NCBI GenBank assembly: GCA_951406725.2
Contig: OX597815.1
Span: 81,158,001-81,222,000, forward strand
Source of the DNA: Octopus vulgaris
Lineage: Eukaryota
DNA: 64,000 bases
Reading direction: 5' to 3'
In this document: positions 1 through 12,043 of the stretch, in pieces
Layout: every line of letters starts with the position of its first letter
How positions within the stretch are numbered: position 1 is the first letter of the stretch
Program-made: the position numbers and the translations under genes
Notes under the pieces: model-generated
What the model was told of the DNA's origin: nothing
The model's database searches: none
What the model saw: only the letters and a program-made list of their open reading frames with translations

Positions 1-596
1 ATAAATTGACGGGTCCACAACCCAATCTCTTCGAAGGCGATGAACCACGAGCAAATAATTAAAGTAGGAAATAAACGAAAAATGTACGTTGAGTGTAGAG
101 TCAACCCACCACCAAACCATTTAAACAGAAAAGCTTATGTAACTGAAGGGGGGACTTGAACTTATCACTACAAGCTGACACTTAACGATTTATGTTACTT
201 GTCATCTATTTATTAGAAGACATGCTTATAATATTATGTACATAACAATTCTCTTTCACAACAAACTACCTCTAACATGCGTTTGAGTGCAAGTCAGAGT
301 GTATATACCAACACTAAAAATATATTTGCTTACTGATACAAGTTTATATATATATGTGTGTGTGTGTATGCACATAACTACATACAAACATAATTTCCTT
401 TACAACCCTATGTTGACAAGTTTTTCAACCACCTCTTTTACATTCTTTTAACAACACTAAATGTTTACCATACCTTTAAGGTCATTAGAAAAATGTACTG
501 TTATTGTTACAACGAAACAAACACGTATACAAATACCACCACAATACACCAAACATACACCATATCATATACAATCTCACAAACATATACACATAC

Positions 597-614
597 GGGG
601 AAATATTCTTGCGT
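597..614 (-). other. Candidate 18-nt microexon, or 3' end of a first exon, in a CpG-rich patch
   Basis: Minus strand reads ctactgtatctcccag|ACGCAAGAATATTTCCCC|gtatgt; open in all three frames. Local CpG enrichment (ttcgcgcgtgcgc near 641-653). Confidence 0.2.
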
Positions 615-865
615 CTGGGAGATACAGTAGATGCTCGAAGTTCGCGCGTGCGCAATTATACACGAGTATGTGCAGGTATGAGAGAGTGTTTTATGCAGAG
701 ATATGGAGTAGGGGAAATAGTATTGAATAAAAAAAAATAATGACAACAGTCAGACAATAGAAGATGGCTTTATATATAGCATACAAGATAGCTTCTATAG
801 AAAAAGTATCAGGAAATAAGAATCCCTCAACATGAGAAAAGTAAAAGAAAACTCATACAAATAAG

Positions 866-869
<4 letters not shown>

Positions 870-927
<58 letters not shown>
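870..927. repeat. (TA)n microsatellite
   Basis: Direct reading. Confidence 0.95.
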
Positions 928-929
<2 letters not shown>

Positions 930-1062
930 GGAGTAAACACATAAATGTGAAACAAGGTGGAAAAACGAGTACTCAAATACCAGATTGTAGAGTAATATGC
1001 TTTATTTAAAAGCAGCAGAAATTAAATTTAACAAAAACTGTTACTTGGAGTTTCACATTCCC
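928..1062 (-). mobile_element. Probable Penelope-like element terminal fragment
   Basis: Abuts (TA)n. Ends in what looks like the 3' half of a hammerhead-like motif (minus: gggaatgtGAAActccaagtaacag) with the CUGAUGA half missing. Family assignment from memory only. Confidence 0.3.
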
Positions 1063-1428
1063 ATAAATATGGTCAAGTAAGAATTTGACTACACAACAAT
1101 GTGGTCTCAGGTCGACCCATACCACATGGGTGAAACTGTAAAAGCTTGTTAGGTGGAGTGCAGCAGTAATTTGAAAGATTCAGCCTTGTCACAAACTGTG
1201 TCATGCTTGACCTGTCTGAGAATGACATCCACAATTTACCCACTTGTGTGAAGCATACAGGCTAAGGGGTGAAATGCTGATGACTCTGAGATACACGCTG
1301 ATGATGCAAAGGAGTTCTAGTGTTGCAATGGATTTAGAAGAGCTTGCAAAACCTCAGAATAGACACTGCAGTTTCGGCATGGGGCAAAGCATCTCTAATG
1401 TTTATTTCATCTATGTTAAGACGCTTAC

Positions 1429-1491
1429 ACGTTAAATCAGGAGCGGGTAATCCGGTTGGTTGAGAACAACTGGATTTTCAGCGTCGAGTGG
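1429..1491 (-). other. Candidate 63-nt non-coding (UTR or poison) exon
   Basis: Minus: gtatttcag|CCACTCG...TTAACGT|gtaagc. Good acceptor and donor, CpG-rich, one stop codon in each frame. Confidence 0.4.
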
Positions 1492-2112
1492 CTGAAATAC
1501 ACACATGGTGTACATTTGACAGAGTTTCTCTTCCCATTTATCTTTAAAACATACACACACACACACACACAAACACATACACACCGAACGAACGGGTAGG
1601 AAAGAAATGACAGAATTTCCTTCATACTTCACCAAGATGAAAGGGTCAACCCCTTTTTCAAGAAGACAGTATGAATATTTATGGGTTTCTACATTTTAAC
1701 AGCCAGATCAGAGTTGATTAATAATAATAATGATAAAAAAAAAATAATAATAATAAGAAGAAGAAGAACAACAACAACAACAACTAGAAAAGAAGAAAAA
1801 GAAATTGGAGTTTTATGGGAAGGGAGGAAAATTAGACAAAAAAAATTACAAAGAAAATAAAAAAAAAACCCACAGACAGACAGATCTACAAAGAAATCTT
1901 AGGATTATGATATCTTAAAAAGAATAGATTTAACAATGAAGTTGAAATAAAATCCATATTCCTTTGTATTCTTGCTTTTGTTGTTCATCTCTCCTAGACA
2001 GCATTTTTTTTTCTTCTACTTCAAAATTCCTATTGAAGGAAGCGAGCAAAGACAAAAATGTTCCTTGTGGATATTGTTACATTCCTTTTACTATGATAAC
2101 ATTAGATATAAT

Positions 2113-2160
<48 letters not shown>

Positions 2161-2502
2161 CATGACAATAAGAAAAATATATATAAGGAGGGAATTATAG
2201 TATTTGAAAAATAGAGCTACAGAGCGGTGAGAAAGAATGTGATATGGATAAAGGGTAGGTACTCTAGTAGTATGCAAAATGTAATATGTACTTCTCGTTC
2301 ATTTCTATTTCTCCGTAGAAAAACTTGTATATGTGTATAGATATAGGATATTATACACAATCACATATACATATGTTTACATACATAGCATGAGAGTAGA
2401 ATTTGTGGGCATGTGTTTAATGTGACATGGGAAGCTATTTAAAGAAACTTAAAAGTAAACAGTGTCACATTCCTGTCACAAGCTAATAATAATAATAATA
2501 AT

Positions 2503-2676
2503 AATCCTTTCTACTAGAAGCACAAGGCCTGAGATTTGGTGGGAGGGGACTGGTTGACTACATTGACCCCCAGGGCTTCACTGGTACTTAATTTATCGAG
2601 GATGAAGGGCAAGGTCGACCACAGCAGAATTTGAACTCAGAACACGAAGATAGATGTGCTAATGATACTACCTGCT
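2503..2676 (-). mobile_element. SINE family A copy (tRNA-like head, AAT-associated tail)
   Basis: Reverse complement of the 6052-6263 element (gttctgagttcaaattc...aggccttgtgc...agaaaggat). Confidence 0.8.
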
Positions 2677-3517
2677 TAATATATAATAATAGCAGACCAA
2701 AGAAGAGTTTGTGTCTGCTCTTCACATTGCATGATAGTTATAAATGAGGGTTGCTGCCATACAAGCAGTGTCATTCATTCCCAATATTCTGCATAAAGCA
2801 TGTCTTCCATGGGGGAGATACTTCCTTGCTTGGAAACAGATAAAGGTTGGCAACAAGAAGAGCATCCAAGCCATAGAGAATCTGCCACAATGAAACATTG
2901 CAACTATACACACATTCATAGCAAACATATCAGTATGTATGCATGTAAGTATACAGGGAAAGTTACTCAAATTTACACTTCACTATTTATAAGAATTGTT
3001 TTAAATCTGTGTGCAATGTTATTCTTTAAGAAGAAATATTTGCAGACAACAAAGCTTTAGGCACAGAGAGCATGTGTGTGTGTGAACAAAACAAAAAGGA
3101 AACAAAAATAGACACCTCCTTCAAAAGGAAGCCCCCATGCTAACTACTGGCCAACCATCAAAAGGCCAAACCATATTGTCATTTATAAAGAGACTGGACA
3201 GTCTGGCTGGCACAGACAAGAAACATTGTAAGGTTAACTATAGTAAAGATCACAACCTGCAGCCAATAACACACTAGGGGGCTTATTTTTACCTCTACAT
3301 TTTTTCTTTCTGTATTTTTTTTTTATTGTAGTGCTTTTTATTTTTCTTTGTTTACTAATTGGATTTGAGATATTTTTGTTCCTGGGGTTTAGAGAAGTTG
3401 TTGAAAACATCAGAACAGTGGATTGACAGAATTCTTAGCTCATCTGGTAGTATTTGTTCAAATTTTGTCAAAATAAAATACCAGTTCAATACTAGAAACC
3501 AATGTGAGATTGATTTC

Positions 3518-3561
<44 letters not shown>

Positions 3562-3563
<2 letters not shown>

Positions 3564-4262
3564 CCTGGCTTGGCAGAGCTACTAAGGAGCACTGCCAGTT
3601 CACGATGAACTGTAGGGGCATGGAAACACCACCAGACGGGACTGTCTAAGATGCAGGCTAAGTGATGAAACTGTACTACACACACTCATGCAATGACCAA
3701 GCATCGTGGATTTGTGGAGTTATATCAAACAACTGTTTTTGTGAGTGGGACGAATCCAAATATTGATCAAATCCGTTGTGAGGATCACTCCACCACCTAC
3801 TTTTGACAAGGCAGGGCAGGCATGTTCCCCTGTCTAGTGGCTACAGGAAAAGAAGTTATACAGTGGACAAGGCTGAAAGGATCGAGGAAAGACATCTTCC
3901 CCTTCAGTCAATCCCTCATAAACTTTTTCTAAGTTCCACCGAGAGAGGGAAGTGAATTTGTGAAAAGATGGGTGACTGTGGCAAAAATGGTTAGTGTGAT
4001 TGGCCCTACTATAAGCAAGCACCTATAGATTAGAGATCAGTTGGATGAGGGCTTCATGCCTTTGATGGTCAGGGTAATCTTGGATCTGTGGGGTTTCTTG
4101 ATTGACCCTAGTTGGAGTTTCTCTTGCATCATTCATGTTATCACATACTTTATACACTATGTATACTCTATCTCATTTCACTGCTGTTTCCAGTTCTTTC
4201 TCCTCCTCCTTTATGTAAAGCCCCACTCAAATTATAGGCTATTCTTGTGACTAAAGGAAACC
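3562..4262 (+). mobile_element. 5'-truncated L1/Tx1-clade LINE remnant (ORF2 C-terminal zinc knuckle plus 3' UTR)
   Basis: Decayed frame SLAWQSY*GALPVHDEL*GHGNTTRRDCLRCRLSDETVLHTLMQ*PSIVDLWSYIKQL..., then after a frameshift MFPCLVATGKEVIQWTRLKG. This is the CxxC..ETxxH..(C) zf-RVT pattern of L1/Tx1 ORF2. Confidence 0.8.
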
Positions 4263-4289
4263 ATCATCATCATTATTATTATTATTATT

Positions 4290-4492
4290 GAGTAGTTTTA
4301 TTTTTATAACGTGCTTTCACTTCACTACCAAGCACAGCTCTGTGTGCCTTGGGTGTGTGTTGTGGTTTGCTGTGATGCTCTTATGGTTACTGTATTGAAA
4401 GTGGTCTGTGTAGGGTGTGTGTGCAGTACCTAGTAGTGCAATTTTCTGTATGTTATATATATATTTATAAGTCCTGGTGTTTTTGCTATGTA
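4290..4492 (-). mobile_element. R4/Dong-clade LINE 3' end, copy 1
   Basis: Minus translation IYNIQKIALLGTAH matches the R4/Dong C-terminal motif QKxxLLGTAHILR; lies within (TAA)n. Confidence 0.75.
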
Positions 4493-4539
4493 TTATTATT
4501 ATTGTTGTTGTTGTTATTATTATTATTATTATTATTGAA

Positions 4540-4722
4540 TACATTGCACAATATCCAATATTGTGACACTGCAGATTGAAGATGTGTGTACCAGAGATTT
4601 ATGCTTTCTCTGAAATCACAAGGACCTCAGACATACAGTACTTTATGCAGTATATGTGCAGTTCCATGTAAAGACAATTTTTGCAATACACCAAGATTGT
4701 AGGGTATCTGAGATGTTTCTCC
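4540..4722 (-). mobile_element. R4/Dong-clade LINE 3' end, copy 2 (different subfamily)
   Basis: Minus translation ETSQIPYNLGVLQKLSLHGTAHILHKVLYV*, followed by a 3' UTR running into (TAA)n. Confidence 0.7.
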
Positions 4723-5369
4723 GCCCCCACAAAAAAATCTCAGGCCTTGTGCCTATAGTAGTAAGGATTATTATTATTATTATTATAGGTGGTAATACCC
4801 TTACTACTGTTTAAAACATTTTTTTTGCTTTATTAAAGTATTTACTATTATTTTGCTTGATGTAAATATCTCCCTATTTGTGGTCTTTTTGCTGTGTATT
4901 TGCCACTGTACTGTCACCAGTGATTTTGGTCCTTGTGGCCAATAAAAGAAATTATTATTGGCAGTTGTAGTAGTATCAACAGTAGTTTTGGTGAATGTCA
5001 CTACAGGTCATAGTTAAGGGTCAAGCAGAAGGCTTTCTTTCACATGTTGTTTTGTATGCAAGTGTGGGGATATTCTGGTCATTAAATTAAAGCAAGATAC
5101 AAAAGATGAGAGACAGAGAGAGAAAGAGCAGTTGTAGACAAAAATAAAGAAAAAAAAAGGAGTACTATGGTGGAAGAACAAGTTAATATCCACCTCCAGG
5201 GTGAGGGTGGATATTAAAAAAGAAAATGATACAAACATAAAAAAAATATCAAGGAAGTAAAAATAATTCAGAAAGAAAAGTTTTAAAGAAATATAAAAAA
5301 ATATAAATACAGAGTAAATAAATAAAAACTTTGAAGCAAAATATATAAAACAATAAATAAGAAAATCGC

Positions 5370-5386
5370 TGACCTAGTCATGACCT
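5370..5386 (-). promoter_or_regulatory. Perfect nuclear-receptor DR5 element (AGGTCA-n5-AGGTCA)
   Basis: Plus TGACCT agtca TGACCT in non-repeat sequence. Motif seen directly; function untested. Confidence 0.3.
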
Positions 5387-6051
5387 GACAAAAAAAGAAA
5401 AAAAAGGGAGCTAGAGAAGATGACTGATATTGGGAGGAGAGGGAGATAAGGGGCTTTGATTTCATGTCTTCTCATTAAAATGACATTTCATGGAAGGTCA
5501 GCTAAACAAATTTATAAAAGAAAGCACACACACACACACACACACACAAGAGAGAGCAACATTATCTCCTTCTCTCTCTGTCACACAATAACACATGGAC
5601 AGTTTATATAGTAAGGGGTGGCTGTATATATATATGTGTGTGTGTGTGTGTGAATGTACCCCTCTAGATTGATGTATACTTTTTACACACATGGTTTACA
5701 GGCCAGTGGACCAGTGGTCCATAGGAATTTTCTGACTAATAAGTATATGCACACACACACACACACACACACAGAGGCATGTGTTTAGGAGTGCTTGTGC
5801 CCATCTGTATATCAGATCATGTAGGCCTATGAGCTGAACAAGTTGTATTAAATACAAGTGTAACTAAATGTCTGTTCTGTTTGCTTGCTTCCACATATAT
5901 GTGCATGCATGGCTAGTACAAATACACACACACACACAGCCTTCTTATCTTGTTTCAGCCATTAGATTGGGGCCAAGCTGGGGGCACAATGTTGAAGAAT
6001 TTCATTTGAAGGAATCACTCCCAGTACTTTTTCATTTTAAGCCTAAGTACT

Positions 6052-6263
6052 AAGGCGGCAAGCTGGCAGAATTGTTAGCTGGACGGCATGCTTAGCGGTA
6101 TTTCGCCCGTCTACGTTCTGAGTTCAAATTCTGCCAAGGTCAAATTTGCCAATCGTCCTTTCGGGATCGATAAATTAAGCACCAGTTGAGTACTGGGGTT
6201 GATTTAATCGACTTAACCCTTCCCCTCCAAATTTCAGGCCTTGTGCCTATAACAGAAAGGATT
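6052..6263 (+). mobile_element. SINE family A, near full length
   Basis: A-box-like ggcggcaagctggcagaa and B-box-like gagttcaaattc; more than ten related copies in the window. Confidence 0.85.
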
Positions 6264-6465
6264 TTAAGCCTAATACTTGTTCTATCGTCTCTTTTACCAA
6301 AATGTGAAGTTATGATGTAAACAAACCAACCCCAGTTGTCAAGTGGTAGTGGGGTCAAACACACAAACATAAAAGACTTTCTCACTTCCCTGAGTGTCAA
6401 ACTAATACACCTGCTCGTTGTTCATACACCTGTCTTCGTCTTACATTTTACTGTAAATTTCAACT

Positions 6466-6811
6466 GTGTGTGTGTGATAAGTAGCTTGCTAACCAATCAA
6501 ATGGTTCCGGGTTCAGTCCCAATGTGTGGAACTTTGGGCAACCAATGCCTTGCGAGAGGATTTGGCAGATGGAAACTGAAAGAAGCCTGTCGTATATATA
6601 TTGTGTGTGTATGTTTGTTCCCAACAACATCGCTTGACAACTAATGCTGGTATGTTTACATCTCTGTAACTTAGCGGTTCGGCAAAAAAGGCCAATAGAA
6701 TAAGTACTAGGTTTTCAAAGAATAAGTCTTGGGGTCAATCTGTTCAACTAAAGGCTGTGCTCCAGCATGGCGACAGTCAAATGGCTGAAACAAATAAAAG
6801 AATAAAAGAAA
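6466..6811 (+). mobile_element. SINE family B (tRNA head, CORE-like ttgggcaa segment, internal CA/TA tract, aataaaag tail)
   Basis: B box ggttcagtccc; body ggatttgg..ggaaactgaaagaagcc; many copies in the window. Confidence 0.85.
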
Positions 6812-6814
6812 AAC

Positions 6815-6981
6815 ATGACAGGCTTCTTTTAGTTTTGGTCAAGCAAAACTACTCACAAGGTTTTGGTTGGCCTGTAGCCATAGTAGGAAGCATTTGCCCA
6901 AGGTGCCACAGAGTGGGACTGAACCTAGAATTATGTGGTTGAGAAAAAAAACTTCCTGCTACACAGTCACACCTGTGCCTC
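6815..6981 (-). mobile_element. SINE family B 5' half, inverted relative to its neighbour
   Basis: ttgcccaaggtgccacagagtgggactgaacc is the reverse complement of the family B head. Confidence 0.75.
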
Positions 6982-7374
6982 ATTTGATTTTTTTTTTTTT
7001 TAAATCTCTAGTGCTTCTAACATCTTGCAACACATTTTACTCATCTGGAGGGGAGTAAAAACAACTCTAGAAACCTGAGTATAAGCTTACCCAAAATATT
7101 CTGAAGAATTAAGCATATTGGGTCCATTTTAATGTATGTAAACATTTTAGCCATATGACTAAAAGCAACTTACCAATACATACACACATTTCTTTCTATC
7201 TACCTATCTATCCATCTATCAATCTAAATAGATATCTATTTTATAAATATATATATATATATATATATACATGGGGCTCTGGTGCTAATATCACTATTTT
7301 GAAACTGCATATGTGTTGCATGTGCATGTACACACACACACACACACACATATATAAATATATATATATATACT

Positions 7375-7639
7375 TCGTTTCTGGATTTGGTTTGCAAGAT
7401 TCTTTATATGAGTTCATGTGTTGAAGCATGTTCTGTTGTGTCTGGGGAGAGTCATTTTCTTTTTGTGTCTTATAATGTAACGCACTCGCCGGTAAAATTG
7501 AGAGTCAAGACTATTGGAAAGGTTGCAAGACGCAACGAAAATGTTAGGAAAATAAAAATAAGAAATAAGTGGAAATTTTACCGGTCAGTGTGTTACATTA
7601 TAAGGCACAAAAAGAAAATGAGTCTCCCCAGACACAACA

Positions 7640-7640
<1 letters not shown>
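7375..7640. mobile_element. Penelope-like terminal fragment with a 67-bp internal inverted repeat
   Basis: 7433-7499 pairs with 7574-7640 with few mismatches. The loop holds a degenerate hammerhead-like motif (7511-7547) also found at 56353-56389. Inverted pseudo-LTR ends are typical of Penelope-like elements. Confidence 0.55.
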
Positions 7641-7679
<39 letters not shown>

Positions 7680-7682
<3 letters not shown>

Positions 7683-7900
7683 TAATCCAAACAAGAAAGC
7701 ACAAAAAAACACAGCAACGCGAGGACGTGGAACAAATATAGTATTATTGGATGCTCAGGAAAAGAGGAAAGAAGGTGGGGTTTAACGTTTCGAGCGGAGC
7801 TCTTCGTCGGAAACATAGGAGAAGGAAAGATCCAGAGAAGGGAAGACAGAGGGAAAAAAAAAATTGCTAACGGTACACACAAGGTCACATTTTGAAAGAC
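7680..7900 (-). mobile_element. Penelope-like pseudo-LTR fragment
   Basis: Bounded by (TA)n on both sides; carries the minimal hammerhead motif at 7780-7814. Confidence 0.55.
7780..7814 (-). ncRNA. Minimal type-I hammerhead ribozyme-like motif, U4C core variant
   Basis: Minus: GUUU-CCGACGA-A-GAGC(UCC)GCUC-GAA-ACGU-U-AAAC. Stem I 4 bp, stem II 4 bp, palindromic ACGU stem III, GUU cleavage triplet. Confidence 0.6.
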
Positions 7901-8400
7901 TGGAAGGAAAATATATATATATATATTTTAACTAACCTAAAGTTTTTTTTTAATTCTTCCTCACTGCTTAACACTGATACTACTATCTAAATACATTCAT
8001 ATATACATTACCCACCCACATTAATCTAAATTGTTTGGAGACTTAACGTGAGATTGAAGGAAGACTAGAGTAACAAGAGATAGGCAGGTATGAAGAGGAT
8101 AATAAAAGGGCAAAATATCACTACTAATTAGTAGCACCAGCTGGGAATTATACGTCTCCTACCTGTACACATTTATAAATATTGTACATATGCATTATGT
8201 ATATGTGTGAATGCATGTTTAAATATATACATATACGTCCCTTCTCGCGTTAATACTCCAAAGTAATCCTATTATCATCAGCAACGTCATTACAATCATT
8301 CCATATTAGTATTTATTACCAGAACTGATATCAGTGAGAAGAGATTGAAATTATTAATAACGATAATAAAGCAACTGCATAAGGAATGATAAGGGAAGAG

Positions 8401-8447
8401 ATAATAATAATAATAATAATAAAAATAATAATAATAATAATAAATAA

Positions 8448-8478
<31 letters not shown>

Positions 8479-8542
8479 AATGATAATAATAATAATAATA
8501 ATAATGATAATAATAATAATAATAATGATGATGATGATGATA
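8401..8542. repeat. (AAT)n/(GAT)n trinucleotide array
   Basis: Direct reading. Confidence 0.95.
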
Positions 8543-9204
8543 AGTGGCTTTAGTAACGGTAGGTGTACAAATAGATTTGAAATGAGAGGTAGCACACACA
8601 CACACACACTTTATAGGGTGGGTGAGAAGGGAAGTGGAATGGTCCATAGGTAAGGAGTGAATCAGGCTAAAATTTAATGAAAATCTGGGACCAGCTCACA
8701 ATCTGATTCGTTTTACCACTTGGGATATTTTGGAAGCATATGTGGCTCATGTGTTTAATAGTGTGGGATATGTAAGAGAAATGTGTGTGTGTGTGTGTGT
8801 GTAATCATCAACTTCTCCATGCTTGCATAGATCAGACAAATGTTTTGCTGAGGCAGATTTTCTACAGTGGAAATCCTCTCCTCTTACCTACCCTCATCTT
8901 TCCTCCCGTGGCCAGATGTATTTTTACATAGAAAGACTACAAATGAACAACACTACGTATATGATGATGAAGCTTGTTTGCAACCACCATGTGATGTGAA
9001 CTGAAGAGTGCACACACACACACACACACGCACATGCTCCAAGCCTTTTCCAGTTTCTGGCATTGGAAGCAACTCAAAGAACTTCAATAGGCCCTGGGCT
9101 TATAGTAGAAAACACTAGTCCAGTGAAGCTGGACCAAAGACAACATAATCGAGAAGCAAGCTTCTCAACCACACACCCATACATGTACCTATATTATATA
9201 CATA

Positions 9205-9528
9205 TATTCTTTTATTTGTTTTAGTCATTTGACTGCGGCCATGCTGGAGCACCACCTTTTGTCGAACAAATCGACTTATTCTTTGTAAGACTAGTACTTA
9301 TTCTACTGGTCTCTTTTGCCGAACTACTAAGGTATGGAGATGTAAACACACTTGATATCAGTTGCCAAGCAATGGTGAGGGGACGAACAAAGACACCCAA
9401 CAGGCTTCTTTCAGTTTCCGTCTACCAAATCCACTCACAAGGCTATAGTAGAAGACACTTGCCCAAGGTGCCACATAGTGGGACTGAACCCAGAACCATG
9501 TAATTGGTAAACAAGCTACTTACCACAC
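9205..9528 (-). mobile_element. SINE family B copy
   Basis: Reverse complement of 6466-6811. Confidence 0.85.
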
Positions 9529-10999
9529 AACACACACATACATGCACACACACGAATGTATGCACATATGTATAAATGTATATGTGTCTGTATATGTATA
9601 TATATATAAATGAGAACAAGCTATTATAAGCATATGATAGAATAATGTTTGACCCCAAAGTTCTTTAAATCCACCCTCCTAATTAAGGTAGAAATAATTC
9701 TGCAGAATAAAAATGGGCTATGAGAACCGAGTAGCTTGAATATGCAACAAAGAAACAAAAGATAGACCAGCACATATACAAAGCTGTATATGTTACATAA
9801 ATCTAACCCTTTTCTTCAAATATATTTACAGTTAAGTCTATGTAACATCTTGGAAAATTATATAAATGATATAATGCCACGTACATGTGCTGGTCTATCT
9901 TTTTGTCTTTTTACACACACAACACACGCGGAGCAATGAATCTATGAATCTATAAGTCACATCCCAGGCTATGCATGCAGGACATTAACTCTGACTAAAG
10001 ACTGATGCAGGTTAGTGGAGGAGGGGCGATTCTTTAGTTTTCTCATATGACAGGGCCTCTCTGGTGCGACTGGCATAATAAAACATCCTCAATCCTCAAT
10101 GTAAGATGTATAATACTTAAGTTGACATGTTTTTTTTTTCTATAGCTGTGCATCACAGGTCACATACTATAATAAATGATGACTTATTCAACATATGACA
10201 GCATGGAAAAACATGTAAATAGTGATGATGATAGGTAGGTAGCTAATTGATATGGGTATGTGTGCGCATGCATTTGTGTGTGTGTATGTGTGTCTATAAG
10301 TCATATTTGCACCCACGCATGTGTTCCTTGAGAGAAAGAGAGAGAGGGGGAGAGAGGGAGGGAGGGAGGGAGGTAAACTGTTACTGTACATGCATGTGTC
10401 TTTCTGTATGTCTGTGTTTCTATGCACATATGCGCTCGAATGAGACCAAAGTGAAGTGCGAGAAAAAAATTATTATTTTAAAAAGATTTTCGCTTTTAAA
10501 ATCTAACAAAATTTAAATTATAAATAAGACCTAACAAAAACATGTTGTGAATGATCAGAGACAAAAATTAAACCAAAATTAAAAAAAAAAATTCCACATA
10601 CAACTCTTAAGATTTCACTAATTCAATTCAACTTCAATGAATCAAAGATCAACCTTATAAATTAAATTTTATCAGGAGTAACAAAAGAAAAATGAGAAGG
10701 CAAAAGGAGAGGGTGGTGATGATAGTGGTAGTAGTAGTAGTAGTATGTAAAGGTCATGGTGGTGGTTCTGGTGTAATGAGATGAACATATAATATGCTAG
10801 TTAACACACACACACACATATAAAATAAAAGGAAAAATATGAGCTGCTTTTCAGAATTAACATTATCAGTACCAACCACAAAGAATTGTACTTTATGTTT
10901 TTTTAATAGATTAGGAATGCCTACCAATTTATGAACTGGTCTGACCAAAGCCTTGTGAGTGGATTTGGTGGGTGGAAACTGAAAGAACTCCATCATGTT

Positions 11000-11034
<35 letters not shown>

Positions 11035-11039
11035 GTCTC

Positions 11040-11255
11040 CTTGCTTAAGTGTCCCCATCATGCAAGTGGTGTCCTTCATTTATAGTATTCTGTGAAAGCA
11101 AGTCTGGTCATGGGGAGATATTTCCTTTACTTAGAAACAGGTGAAGGTTGGTGACAGGAAGGGCATCCAGCTGTAGAAAATCTACCTCAATAAATTCTAC
11201 CTGGCCCATGTGAGCATACGAAAAATGAACATTAAAATGATGACGATGATTATTA
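11040..11255 (+). mobile_element. RTE-type LINE/SINE 3' end
   Basis: aggaagggcatccagctgtagaaa...gcatacgaaaaatgaacattaaa(tga)n; same tail as the RTE remnants at 30900-31345 and 39515-39965. Confidence 0.65.
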
Positions 11256-11529
11256 TGATGATGGTGAAGCTCCCAGATCCTTGCTAACAAGTGAGTATAG
11301 CTTCGCTGCTAGTACCTTGCTTTCATTCAGTTGCAACAGTACTGAGCCAGCACTCATTACAACTGAGTACTCTGAAGCAAGACAAAAAGTAGTTCATTGC
11401 TCAAGGATACAGTCTGTTACTCAGTCCAGGAATTGAACTCACGACAAGAACACTTCAACCATTAGGCTATACACCTTCACATACATATATGTATGCATAT
11501 CTCTTAAATCTTCAAACTTTCACATATTT

Positions 11530-11898
11530 TACTTATTTTTAGTCAAATGACTTGATCCCCAGTAATAATTTTTTAAACCTGGTACTTATTTTATCGGCCT
11601 CTTCTGCCGAACCGCTAAGTTATGGGGACACAAAGACACCAACACTGGTTGTCAAGTTGTGATTGGGTAGGGGAACAAACACAGACACACACACATAGAT
11701 ATATATATATACATATAAATATGACAAGGCTTCTTTCAGTTTCCGTATTTCTCTCTACCAAATCCACTCTGATGGCTTTGGTCAGCCCGAAGCTTTAGTA
11801 GAAGACACTTGCCCAAGGTGCCATGCAGTGGGAATGAATCCACCAGAAGCATGTGGCTGGGAAGCAAGCTTCTTACCACACAGCTACTCCTAAGCCTA
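11530..11898 (-). mobile_element. SINE family B copy
   Basis: Reverse-complement match to family B over about 370 bp. Confidence 0.85.
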
Positions 11899-12043
11899 CA
11901 TTTTTTTTATGTCTGGACCTTATTCCATCAGTCTCTTTTACTGACCTGTTAAGTTACAGTTAAGCAAACAAATCTACAGCAGTTGTCAAGTGATGGTAGG
12001 AGACAAACACAAAAACACTCACAACAGGCTCCACACAGTTTCC

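Noticed and set aside
8227-8289. Signal-peptide-like MIVMTLLMIIGLLWSINARRD on the minus strand
   Set aside because: Donor gtatat is weak and phase 0; hydrophobic peptides arise easily from T-rich DNA.
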